In this document: positions 52,693-64,000 of the stretch, in pieces | How positions within the stretch are numbered: position 1 is the first letter of the stretch | How the letters are laid out: each line of letters starts with the position of its first letter | Assembly: GCA_965223545.1 (NCBI GenBank) | Contig: OZ245006.1 | Span: 7,168,001-7,232,000, forward strand | Length of the DNA stretch: 64,000 nucleotides | Origin: Planctomycetota bacterium | GTDB lineage: Bacteria > Planctomycetota > UBA1135 > UBA2386 | Direction of reading: 5' to 3' | The notes under the pieces: model-generated | What the model saw: the letters and a program-made list of their open reading frames with translations, nothing else | What the model was told of the DNA's origin: nothing | The model's database searches: none | Program-made: the position numbers and the translations under genes

Positions 52693-54039
52693 ATGACAAC
52701 GGCACCAGTGCGGTGTCTGGGCCCCTTGCTGTGCGCGACGGCTCTCGCCGCCGCCCAGCCGATCGGCCCGGGCTTCTGGGAATCGCGAGCGGATCTCGGC
52801 ACGGCGCGCCAGGAGGTCGGCGCCGCGGTCCTCAACGGGTTGGTCTGCGTGGTGGGCGGTCTGTTGCCGTCGCGCACTGCGACCGACTCGGTCGAGCGCT
52901 ACGACCCGAGCAGCGGCCAATGGAGTCGGGTGCCGCCGATGCCGGTCGCACTACACCATTTGGGCGTGGCCTCGGCGCAGGGCCGGCTCTACGCGATCGG
53001 CGGCTATCGCAGCGGTTTCGTCGGCCGTGCCGAGTGCTACGCGTTCGACTCGGTGGCGGGGGGATGGGCGCGCGTCGCCGACCTGCCGCGGCCGCGCGGT
53101 GCGCTGGCGGCGGTGGAGATCGGCGGCCTGGTCTACGCGGTGGGAGGCGTCGACCCGCAGCGCGGCGTCGTCGGTGATCTCACCGTGTACGACCCTGCGA
53201 CCAACGCGTGGCGAGCGCTGGCCCCGATGCCGACCGCGCGCGAGCATCTCTCCGCCGCGGCCCTCGGCGGCAAGCTGTACGTCGCCGGTGGTCGGGTCGG
53301 TGGCAGCCGCCTGTTCGACGTGCTCGAGTGCTACGACCCGGCGACCGACACCTGGACCCCGCGCGCGCCGATGCCGACCGCGCGCGGCGGCGCGGGGGCC
53401 GCGGTGCTGGATGGGCGGCTGCTGGTCATGGGCGGTGAGGGTTCGGCGCTGCCGAGCGGGATCTTCCACCAGACCGAGGAGTACGATCCAGTGGCCGACC
53501 GCTGGACCGCCCGCGCCGACATGTCGGTCGGGCTGCACGGCATCTATCCGGTCGGCCTGTCGCAGGAGATTCTGGTGGCGGGTGGCGCGACCATCGCGGG
53601 CTTCCGCGCGGTGGCGACCGTGCTCGCCTTCCGCAACCTGCCGACCGGCGTGCAGCGCTACGGGGCGTCGACCCCGGGTTGCGCTGGCCCGATCTGGGCA
53701 TTGCCGAGTGGGATGGCGATGGCGGGGGCGATGCTCGGCATCGCGACTGCCACGCCTGCGGCACCGCCGGCCGCGGCCGGTGCGTTGCTGGTCGGCGGTC
53801 AGGCGGACGTCGCCGGGACTCCCGTGCTGGGCGCCGGTGTCCACGTTGGGCTGGGCGGCGGGGTGGTCGTGCTGCCGCTGACCACGAGCGCCGCCGGCGG
53901 GGCGGCGACGGCCTTCACCATCCCGGCTGGTGTCGCCGGGGCGCAGGCGTTCGCACAGTTGTTGTTCGCGACCACGCCGGTCTGTGGTGGCGGAGCTACG
54001 CTGGCCGGCACCGACGCGCTGCAGATCACGGTGCAGTAG
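52693..54039 (+). CDS. Secreted Kelch-repeat protein
   Basis: Six canonical Kelch repeats (LYVAGG...YDPATDTW...PMPTAR); C-terminal YGASTPGC domain. Confidence 0.9.
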   Translation: MTTAPVRCLGPLLCATALAAAQPIGPGFWESRADLGTARQEVGAAVLNGLVCVVGGLLPSRTATDSVERYDPSSGQWSRVPPMPVALHHLGVASAQGRLYAIGGYRSGFVGRAECYAFDSVAGGWARVADLPRPRGALAAVEIGGLVYAVGGVDPQRGVVGDLTVYDPATNAWRALAPMPTAREHLSAAALGGKLYVAGGRVGGSRLFDVLECYDPATDTWTPRAPMPTARGGAGAAVLDGRLLVMGGEGSALPSGIFHQTEEYDPVADRWTARADMSVGLHGIYPVGLSQEILVAGGATIAGFRAVATVLAFRNLPTGVQRYGASTPGCAGPIWALPSGMAMAGAMLGIATATPAAPPAAAGALLVGGQADVAGTPVLGAGVHVGLGGGVVVLPLTTSAAGGAATAFTIPAGVAGAQAFAQLLFATTPVCGGGATLAGTDALQITVQ

Positions 54040-55994
54040 GCGAGGTCGCCCGCGCCATCGTCGGTCGCAGTCAGCCTCCGGGGGCCGGTTCCTCGATGCG
54101 CAGCGTGCGGTCGGCCGCCTGCTGCGGCAAGCGCTGCACTTGGCCGCTCGGCCAGTGCACCTCGATCGCGTCGACCTGGCGGTCGGGCCCGAGGCCGAAG
54201 TGCAGCCGCTTGTCGTCCTGCGTGGCCCGGCGGACCCCGCCGTCCTGCAGACGGAACTGGCGCCGCCCACCGGCTTCGACGAAGACGCGCGCGCCGATCG
54301 CGTCGCGGTTGGTGCCGCGGCCGATCAGCTCGACGCGCAGCCAGTGGTTGCCGTTGGGCAGGCCTCGATAGAGCTGCGTGATCCCGCGGGCCAGCGGCCC
54401 TTCGCCTTCTCCATTGGTGACGCACAGATCGAGAAAACCGTCGCCGTCGAAGTCGGCCACTGCGACGGTGTCGCCGCGACCGCCGCCGTCGCCAGGTGCG
54501 CCGGCGGCGCCGCGGTGAACGTGGAAGTGGCCGCCACCGAGGTTCTCGAGCAGCAGGTTCGGGCGGTTCTGGGCTGGACGGCTGGCGACGACGTACAGAT
54601 CGACATCCATGTCGTTGTCGAAGTCGCCGGCGGCGACCGACGTGGCGTCGAGCTTGAGGTCGAGGCCGGCGGCGGCCGTGCGGTCCCGGAGGCGGTCGCC
54701 GTCCCAGGTCATCAGCAGCGGGCGTGCGCTCACCGTGCGTAGGTCGAATCCCTCTGGCACGACGCGGGTGATCGGGAGCGTGCTGCGCAGGGCGCCGCGC
54801 AGTGCGTACTGGATCGGCCAGTGCGCCCGGACGTGCCAGGCCTCCCGTTCGCGGTCGTAGCGAACCCACAGGCCGTCCGCCGCTTGGCCGATGGTCGCCG
54901 TGGCGGCCTCCGCAGTGACCGCGAAGGTCGTCGCCGCCGGCCGCTCGCGGCCGGCTCCGATGCGGACGTCACGGGGCCGCACGGCGTTGGGCCGGGATTC
55001 CGCCGGCAGTAGCTGGCCCTCCACGTGCACCGCGAGTTCCCCGGGGGCGGTGTGCAGCCAGATTCCCTGGCCGCCGTTCGGGGCGTGCAGCTCGAACAAC
55101 ACGGCGTCGGGGCTGACGACGGCCACGTCCGAGCCATAGTGGCGTCGGGCGACGAACAGGTCGGCCCGGCAGTCGCCATCGAGGTCGTGCCAGACGCTGT
55201 CGAACACCGCCGTGCAGGGCGGGAGGCCCAACGCGGGGCCGACCTCGCGCAGGCCGCTGGCATTGGCGGCGTAGAGCCGGGGCGGGTGGCCGTGCAACCA
55301 CACGGCGGCGCCGTGGCCGTCGATGTGGGTGAGCTGCGCGTAGTCGTTGCCTGCCGGCGGCAGCTGCCAGCCGTCGCCGGCCGGGGAGAACGGTGGCGTT
55401 CCATCGCGATCGTGCAAGAATACGGTGGTTGGAGCCCCCTCGCGCTCCAGTGCGGCGCACAACGCGTCGAGATCGCCGTCGCCGTCGAGGTCGAACATCG
55501 AGATCGCGCGGCCGCGCGCGCGCTCGTTGCGCAGGCCGAGCTCGGTGGCGCGGTCGACGAAGCCCTCGGGCTCGCGCACGAACCAGCTCGCGCCGCCGGT
55601 GCCAAAGCCGAAGGACGCACCTCGGCTGAGGGCGAGGTCCTGGTCGCCGTCGCCGTCCCAGTCCCAGAACGTCGCCGCGTGCCGATCGCCGCGCAGTTGG
55701 GTCCGTGGCTCGGCGAACTCCTCGGTGAGCACGTCGTGCCACTGGCCGTCGGTGGAGCGGCGCAGCAGCTGCGCGGCGCCAAACTCGAAGTGGTTGGCGA
55801 GGAACAGCTCGGGCGTGCCGTCGCCATCGACGTCACCCCAGGCGGCGCCGAACGTCATCCTCGGCTCGTCGAGCGGCGCGGCCATCACGCGCGCGAAGCG
55901 CGGCGAGGCGGTCGGTGGCTGCAGCGGCGCCGGTGCCTCACCGCAGCCGGCGGCGAGCGCGGCGCCCAGCAGCAGCAACCGGCGCCCGTGGCGC

Positions 55995-58697
<2,703 letters not shown>

Positions 58698-58779
58698 GCG
58701 CAGCACGGTAGCGGAGCCGCGCTGCCGGCGGAACGGTCTGTCGACGCGAATCGCGCATCCGCGTAGCCTGGTGCATCGC

Positions 58780-59265
58780 ATGGCTTCCCGCGGTCGCCGC
58801 TACTGGCTGTTCAAGTCCGAGCCGGACGTCTACTCCTATGCCGACCTCGTGCGCGACGGGGTGACGCACTGGGACGGCGTGCGCAACTTCCAAGCGCGCA
58901 ACCTGCTGCGCGACGAGATGCAGGTCGGCGACGGTGTGCTCTACTACCACTCGAACGCCAAGCCGATGTGCATCGCGGGCGTGGCGCAGATCGTCCGCGC
59001 GGGCTATCCCGACCACACCGCCTGGGACCCGCGGTCGAAGTACCACGATCCCAAGAGCGATGCCGACGACCCGACGTGGTACATGGTCGACATCGAGCCG
59101 CGGGCGGAGCTGCCCGAGCCGTTGACGCGGGATGCGCTCAAGCAGATGCCCGCGCTGGCGGATATGATGCTGCTGCGCCGTGGTGCCCGGTTGTCGGTGC
59201 AGCCGGTGACGGCGGACGAATGGAAAGCGATCCTGAGGGCGGGCGGAGTCTCGGTGCGGCTGTAG
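58780..59265 (+). CDS. EVE domain protein
   Basis: YWLFKSEP...[11 protein letters not shown]...YYHS...RLSVQPV motifs. Confidence 0.93.
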   Translation: MASRGRRYWLFKSEPDVYSYADLVRDGVTHWDGVRNFQARNLLRDEMQVGDGVLYYHSNAKPMCIAGVAQIVRAGYPDHTAWDPRSKYHDPKSDADDPTWYMVDIEPRAELPEPLTRDALKQMPALADMMLLRRGARLSVQPVTADEWKAILRAGGVSVRL

Positions 59266-59583
59266 CTCGCTCGTTCGCCGGAGGCGGGCGGGGTCGCAAG
59301 CTACTGCGTCACAACGTTGGGGCTGTTGGGGTTGGGGATCTGGTTGGGACAGTTGACGGCTGTCGGTCAGTTGGCCCAGAGCACAAGTCGTGAAGCCGAC
59401 GGCGTAGCGCTGGGTGGCCAGGTCCACGAACTCGCCGCTGGAAGCTCGTGACTGGGCCGGAGGGGGGGGCGCGGGCATTTCACTTCTTTCGCCGCAGGCT
59501 TCGATTTGTTGGGACGGTTGAGTCCCTTGCGGAGATTTGTGCGGTGGGATCTCATCCGCACCCCGTCATAAGTATTTGCACCT

Positions 59584-61920
59584 ATGCCGCCGCTGCCTCC
59601 TGATGTCCGTCGACGCGTGTTCGAGATGCTGGCGCGGGAGGCGAATGCGCTGCACGAGTTCGCTCTTCGGGTTACGGGAGACCCGAACGAGGCCGCGGAT
59701 GTCTCGCAGGATGCCCTCCTCAAGGCAATGGAGCTGGCCGATCGCGTTGATCCTGCCCGACGGCCTGCGCACTACCTGCGCGGCATCATGATGAACTTGT
59801 GGCGTCGGCGGCGCGCTGAGCGCCGGCGCACGGTAGATCTGCGGCGGGTGCTGGCGCGGCCCTCGGCCTCGCCAGCCGAAGTCGCCGCGATGGCCGAGTT
59901 CGACGAGAGCGTCGCCCGCGCGCTGCACCGGCTGCCAAGCTCGCAGCGGGAGGTCATCGAGTGCCGGCTGTCGCTGGGCGAGGGGCCGGAGCAGATCGCG
60001 AAACGGCTGGGGCGCAACCCGAGTACGGTTCGCACCCAGCTGCACCGCGGCACGGCCGCACTGCGGCGCACGTTGGCTCCAGCCTTCTTGGCCATGTTGG
60101 TCTCTTGCAAGAGGGGAACTTCGTCCAAACCGCTGACGGTCGTTCCACGTCGCGCGTGGCCGGTCGGCGGGCGTGCCGCGGCCGCGATGGTCGCGCTGGT
60201 TGCGGCGCTCGGTGTGGTTCTCATTTGGCCCTCCGGTGCGTCGGTGCCGGCGGCCGCAGACCCTCCCGAGCAGCCGTTGGCGCGGACTGATGCCTTCCTT
60301 CCCGCGCGGCTGCCGGTGCCGTCTCGCGCGGTCCCGTCCCCAACAGAGAACGGCGTGCGTGGCTCGGCGCCAGCTTCGTCTCTGACCGTGGTTGCGCGAT
60401 GGCAGAACGGTGAGCCGGCTCACGGAGTTCCGATTCGCTTGGTGAACGCTCAGCGGCGCGATGCGCGGGCGCTTTCCAGTGGGTTCGTCGAACGGCGAAC
60501 CGACCCACGCGGCGAGGCGGTGTTCACGGGGCCAATCGATCGCGACGACTCCGTGTTCGTCGGCAGCTATGCCTTGGAGGAGAGGCTCGGCGAAGCCGAG
60601 ATCAGCGGCTTTGGATTGGTCCTGCCGGTGCGGTTGTCGGCGGAGTTCTCGCAGCGGGTTCGCGTGATCGATCACGATGGCGCACCAGTGGCGGAGGCGT
60701 GCGTACTGACGTCGTTCGACAACGCTTCGTTCGGCCCTGGGTTCGAGCTAGGGCAAACCGACAAAGACGGGAACTGCACGGTCCCGATCACGACGCGGCG
60801 TGCGTTCGTATGGGCCCGGTCTCCGTCCGGCGATCTGTCTTCCTCGTATCGCGCAACCGGGAATGATGAGATCGTCATCCCGTTGGGGGAGATGCCTTGG
60901 GGCCTGGTCGGAGTGGTCACGGGAGTTGATGGACGCCCCGCGGCCGGGGCCGAGCTCGTGCTGTCGCAACGGCCGTTCCCACAGCAACACACGGTGGCGG
61001 ATGCGGAGGGTTGCTACCGGTTCCGGGGCCACATGGATCGTCCTTTGTTCATCGTGGCGCGGTCGGCCGACTTCGGCGCAATCGCCTGCGCACGCCGCAC
61101 GCCGAGCGAGGAGGCCGAGCGACTCGATGTGCTCTTGCAGTCCACTGCGAGTGTCGTTGGCACGGTCCCCGGGGAGGTCATGGCGTCCGAGGTGGAGATC
61201 GTTGCCAAACCGATCTTCGGTCCGGAATTCGACGAGTTTGCTGGGCTGACGGTCAAGCTCGACCCGGACGCCAACGGGGCATTCGAGATTGGCGGGCTGT
61301 TGCCAGGAGATTCGAGCGTCGGGCTTTGGGATCGGGGCAGACAGAAGTGGATCCACACCGTGAGCCAGATGCTGCAACCGGGCGAACGCGCACCCATCTC
61401 GTTCGTGGGGCAACATCGCTGGCTTCGTGGTCGGGTCGTCGAGCCGGATGGGGCGCCGGCCGCCGGGTATGTCGTGCGGATCTGGAGGTCGAAGTTGGTC
61501 GCCGTGCAGACAACGGATGCCAACGGCAGGTTTGCGTTCGAGTTGTCGCCAGGCCAGCGGCACAAGGTCGTCGTGCTGCCACGGAGCTCGCCCGACGTGA
61601 TCACCCCGATGCCTGCCGCCATACGCAAAGCGGTCGTTCCGTCTGAGGCGCCCATCCGGATCGAGCTGCGGCGTTGGCAAGGCGGTGTCGTCGGGTGTTT
61701 GCGGCCCGGCCCGGGCGCATTGATGCCAGATCGAGTCCGCATCGCCGCCAACGGGGGGCGCCTCAAGACGGTGGTCCGAGTTGCGCAGGACGGTCGCTTC
61801 GCGGCAACCAACCTCATGCCGCTGACCTACCGAGTCTGGCTGCCCGAACACGATGAACCGATCGCGACCGCACGCGTCCGTGAGGCGATCCACGATCTGG
61901 GCACAGTGCTCGTCCCATAA
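59584..61920 (+). CDS. ECF sigma-70 factor fused to a TM helix and carboxypeptidase-regulatory-like (Ig) repeats
   Basis: Sigma2 (FALRVTGDPNEAADVSQD) and sigma4 (LPSSQREVI...IAKRLGRNPSTVRTQLHRG); TM near aa 200-218; repeats G.V...DG.PAAG...TDANGRF. Confidence 0.85.
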   Translation: MPPLPPDVRRRVFEMLAREANALHEFALRVTGDPNEAADVSQDALLKAMELADRVDPARRPAHYLRGIMMNLWRRRRAERRRTVDLRRVLARPSASPAEVAAMAEFDESVARALHRLPSSQREVIECRLSLGEGPEQIAKRLGRNPSTVRTQLHRGTAALRRTLAPAFLAMLVSCKRGTSSKPLTVVPRRAWPVGGRAAAAMVALVAALGVVLIWPSGASVPAAADPPEQPLARTDAFLPARLPVPSRAVPSPTENGVRGSAPASSLTVVARWQNGEPAHGVPIRLVNAQRRDARALSSGFVERRTDPRGEAVFTGPIDRDDSVFVGSYALEERLGEAEISGFGLVLPVRLSAEFSQRVRVIDHDGAPVAEACVLTSFDNASFGPGFELGQTDKDGNCTVPITTRRAFVWARSPSGDLSSSYRATGNDEIVIPLGEMPWGLVGVVTGVDGRPAAGAELVLSQRPFPQQHTVADAEGCYRFRGHMDRPLFIVARSADFGAIACARRTPSEEAERLDVLLQSTASVVGTVPGEVMASEVEIVAKPIFGPEFDEFAGLTVKLDPDANGAFEIGGLLPGDSSVGLWDRGRQKWIHTVSQMLQPGERAPISFVGQHRWLRGRVVEPDGAPAAGYVVRIWRSKLVAVQTTDANGRFAFELSPGQRHKVVVLPRSSPDVITPMPAAIRKAVVPSEAPIRIELRRWQGGVVGCLRPGPGALMPDRVRIAANGGRLKTVVRVAQDGRFAATNLMPLTYRVWLPEHDEPIATARVREAIHDLGTVLVP

Positions 61921-61949
61921 CCCAAGGCGTCGCTGGCCGGACGCCTCGT

Positions 61950-63284
61950 CTAGGCCAGCAAGCGGCGGATGAAGCGCACGGTGAGCCAGGACGCCACCGC
62001 ACTGCCAACGATCAGGCCCGTGACCATCCCGAGCAGGCCGGAGCTCCCGGCAAGCGGCGCGATGTACCGTCCGGCGACCGCCAGCGGGATCGACAGCAGC
62101 ACGTAGCGCACGACGGTCAGGCGCACCCCGGCGCGGGGTTGCTGCACGCCTTCGAACACTGGCCGGAGGATCAAGAAGGGCAGCGCGGCGAGGGCGGCCA
62201 CCGGCAACAGACGGAGAGTGGCGAGGGTCGTATCGCTGATCGGCGCGGTGTCGTCCTGGATGAAGTACGAGACCAGCGGGGCGGCGAACGCGTAGCCCAT
62301 CGCGATGGTCATCAGCAGCGCCGCGATCGCCATCGCCCGCGCCGTTTGCCAGAGTTCGCGCCGCACCCGCGCCGTCTCTCCCTGCGGGCACAGCCGGGCC
62401 ACGTACGGCACCACCGCCACCGCGGTGGCGACCGCCGGCATCAGCGCGAGCATCAGCATGCGCTCGTACACGCCCCAGGAGGCGATCGCCGTCGTCGCGT
62501 CGGGGAGCGTCGTCAGCAGGGCGTTGACCACCGCGCCTTCGATGGCCGCCAGCACGTAGGTCAGGGCGCCCGGCAGTGCCAGGGCCAGGATCGCGGGCAC
62601 CGCTGCCTTCCACTCGCCGGCGGCTTCTGGCCACGGCTGCGCGCGGCGCGCCCGTTCGAGCACCGCGGCCCGCCAGCCGGCGTAGCCGAGCCCCACCAGA
62701 CGCGACACCACGGTGGCCAGGGCGATGCCGAACAGGCCGAGTTCGAGGCCGAAGACGAACCACGCGTTGAGGGCGACGTTGGCGGCCGTCGATGCCAAGC
62801 CGGCGATCATCGTGTCCCGGGTCGAGTGGTGTGCCTTGACGATCGAGTCCGGGTAGATCGACCAGAAACCGGTCAGCGGCATGCCGACCATGACCGTGGT
62901 CGCGTAGAGCGCGATCGCGTCGACCAGGTCCGGCTCCAGGTCGAGGTGTTGCGCCAGCGGCCAAATCGCGGCGCCCAGCAGCATCATCACCGGGACCACG
63001 ACCGACAACAGCTTCAGCATGGCGCGCTTGAGAGCGACCACGCGGGCTTCGTCGCGCCGCCCGAACGCAGCCGACAGCGCGGCGGTGAAGCCGGCCGACA
63101 GACCCACCCACACTGCGATCGAGATCGCCTGGAGTGGCGCGTAGAAGGAGATCGCGGCGACTCCGACCACGCCGTCCGGCAGGGCGGCGGCAAACCCCAT
63201 GTCGACGAACGTGAACAAGAACCGCAGGGTGAACGAGATCACCAGCGGAATTGCGATCCTCGTGAGCGACTTCGACGGTGACAA
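61950..63284 (-). CDS. MATE family efflux transporter
   Basis: RIAIPLVIS...FVDMGF, NVALN.WFVFG..LGLFGIALAT; about 12 TM; start approximate. Confidence 0.87.
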   Translation of the reverse strand: MSPSKSLTRIAIPLVISFTLRFLFTFVDMGFAAALPDGVVGVAAISFYAPLQAISIAVWVGLSAGFTAALSAAFGRRDEARVVALKRAMLKLLSVVVPVMMLLGAAIWPLAQHLDLEPDLVDAIALYATTVMVGMPLTGFWSIYPDSIVKAHHSTRDTMIAGLASTAANVALNAWFVFGLELGLFGIALATVVSRLVGLGYAGWRAAVLERARRAQPWPEAAGEWKAAVPAILALALPGALTYVLAAIEGAVVNALLTTLPDATTAIASWGVYERMLMLALMPAVATAVAVVPYVARLCPQGETARVRRELWQTARAMAIAALLMTIAMGYAFAAPLVSYFIQDDTAPISDTTLATLRLLPVAALAALPFLILRPVFEGVQQPRAGVRLTVVRYVLLSIPLAVAGRYIAPLAGSSGLLGMVTGLIVGSAVASWLTVRFIRRLLA

Positions 63285-63359
63285 GCGGGGAGAGGCGTCG
63301 GGGCGGAAGGCCGCGCAGGATACCCACGCCCGCAGCGCTTGGATACGATGCCGGCGCCG

Positions 63360-63674
63360 ATGAGCCCGCCCGTCCCCGTCCGCGCCGCCGCGACCGAAAC
63401 CGTCGAGCAGCCGAAGACCTCGACGCGCACCCAGCTGGCTCCGCCGTGGAACGTCGTCGTGCACGATGACCCGGTGACGCTGATGAGCTACGTGACGCGC
63501 GTCTTCGTCCGGGTCTTCGGCTACAGCGAGCAGAAGGCCCGCCGGCTGATGCTCGAGGTGCACAACACCGGGCGTTCGGTGGTGTGGACCGGCGCGCGCG
63601 AGCAGGCCGAGGCCTACGCGCAGAAACTGCAGGGCTTCCACTTGCGCACCACCCTCGAGCCCGGCACCGAGTGA
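63360..63674 (+). CDS. clpS: ATP-dependent Clp protease adaptor ClpS
   Basis: WNVVVHDDPVTLMSYVT.V...LMLEVH..GRSVV; alternative start at 63348. Confidence 0.93.
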   Translation: MSPPVPVRAAATETVEQPKTSTRTQLAPPWNVVVHDDPVTLMSYVTRVFVRVFGYSEQKARRLMLEVHNTGRSVVWTGAREQAEAYAQKLQGFHLRTTLEPGTE

Positions 63675-64000
63675 TGCGGGTGGTGCGCCAAACGGACGGG
63701 GAGCTGCGGGTCAGCGGGTTGGCGCCGCTGCACGTCGACACCCTGATGCAGGTACCGGGCTGGCTCCGGTCCGACGACCCCGCTGTGCGCGGACGGCTCC
63801 TACCCGAGACCTACGAAGATCGCGACGCCGAGGAGCAGTGGCGCCGGTACGCCGCGCCCGAGCTCGAGCACCTGTTCCAATCGCGCGCCGAGATCCTGGC
63901 CAAGGATCTCGAGAGCCTGGAGCAGGAGGGCGCGTTGGCGTTCTCGCTGAGCATTCCCGCGGCGCACGGCACCGCCTGGCTGTCGGCGCTCAACGCGGCC
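63674..64000 (+). CDS. DUF2017-like protein (partial, runs off the window)
   Basis: TGATG overlap with clpS; manual translation DPAVRGRLLPETYED...WRRYAAPEL...AWLSALNAA; typical clpS neighbour. Confidence 0.75.
   Translation, partial: MRVVRQTDGELRVSGLAPLHVDTLMQVPGWLRSDDPAVRGRLLPETYEDRDAEEQWRRYAAPELEHLFQSRAEILAKDLESLEQEGALAFSLSIPAAHGTAWLSALNAA

Noticed and set aside
49188..52877. 1229-aa minus-strand ORF
   Set aside because: The N-terminal ~830 aa is the antisense shadow of the plus-strand Kelch genes (Arg/Pro-rich, no motifs). Only the C-terminal ~390 aa SGNH-like part looks real.

Overview
High-GC (about 70% by eye) bacterial chromosomal window, most likely Planctomycetota. That is an inference from the membrane-anchored ECF sigma fusion, sulfatase, DUF1080 and many secreted Kelch/FG-GAP proteins. 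Housekeeping genes: class II B12-dependent ribonucleotide reductase nrdJ with tandem NrdR-like boxes, dacB, suhB-like IMPase, ppk1, beta-carbonic anhydrase, acnA, EVE protein, MATE transporter and clpS-DUF2017. It also holds a seven-gene Bat-like MoxR/DUF58/VWA operon. Main discoveries: (1) Two genes that the ORF track splits or truncates at an in-frame TGA look like selenoproteins. One is an exported TPR-like protein inside the MoxR/VWA operon (U-E-G-C motif, 8-bp SECIS-like stem with a GGUC loop). The other is a DUF3179 protein (W-U-P-L-T, GGUCU-loop hairpin). (2) A complete class IIC-like group II intron with non-canonical ends is inserted into one arm of a 34-bp inverted repeat next to a REP-associated (Y1 HUH) transposase. 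(3) Five otherwise different secreted proteins appear to share a C-terminal domain. (4) An orphan protein has internal repeats and tandem winged helices. Many start codons were re-chosen by eye and are approximate.
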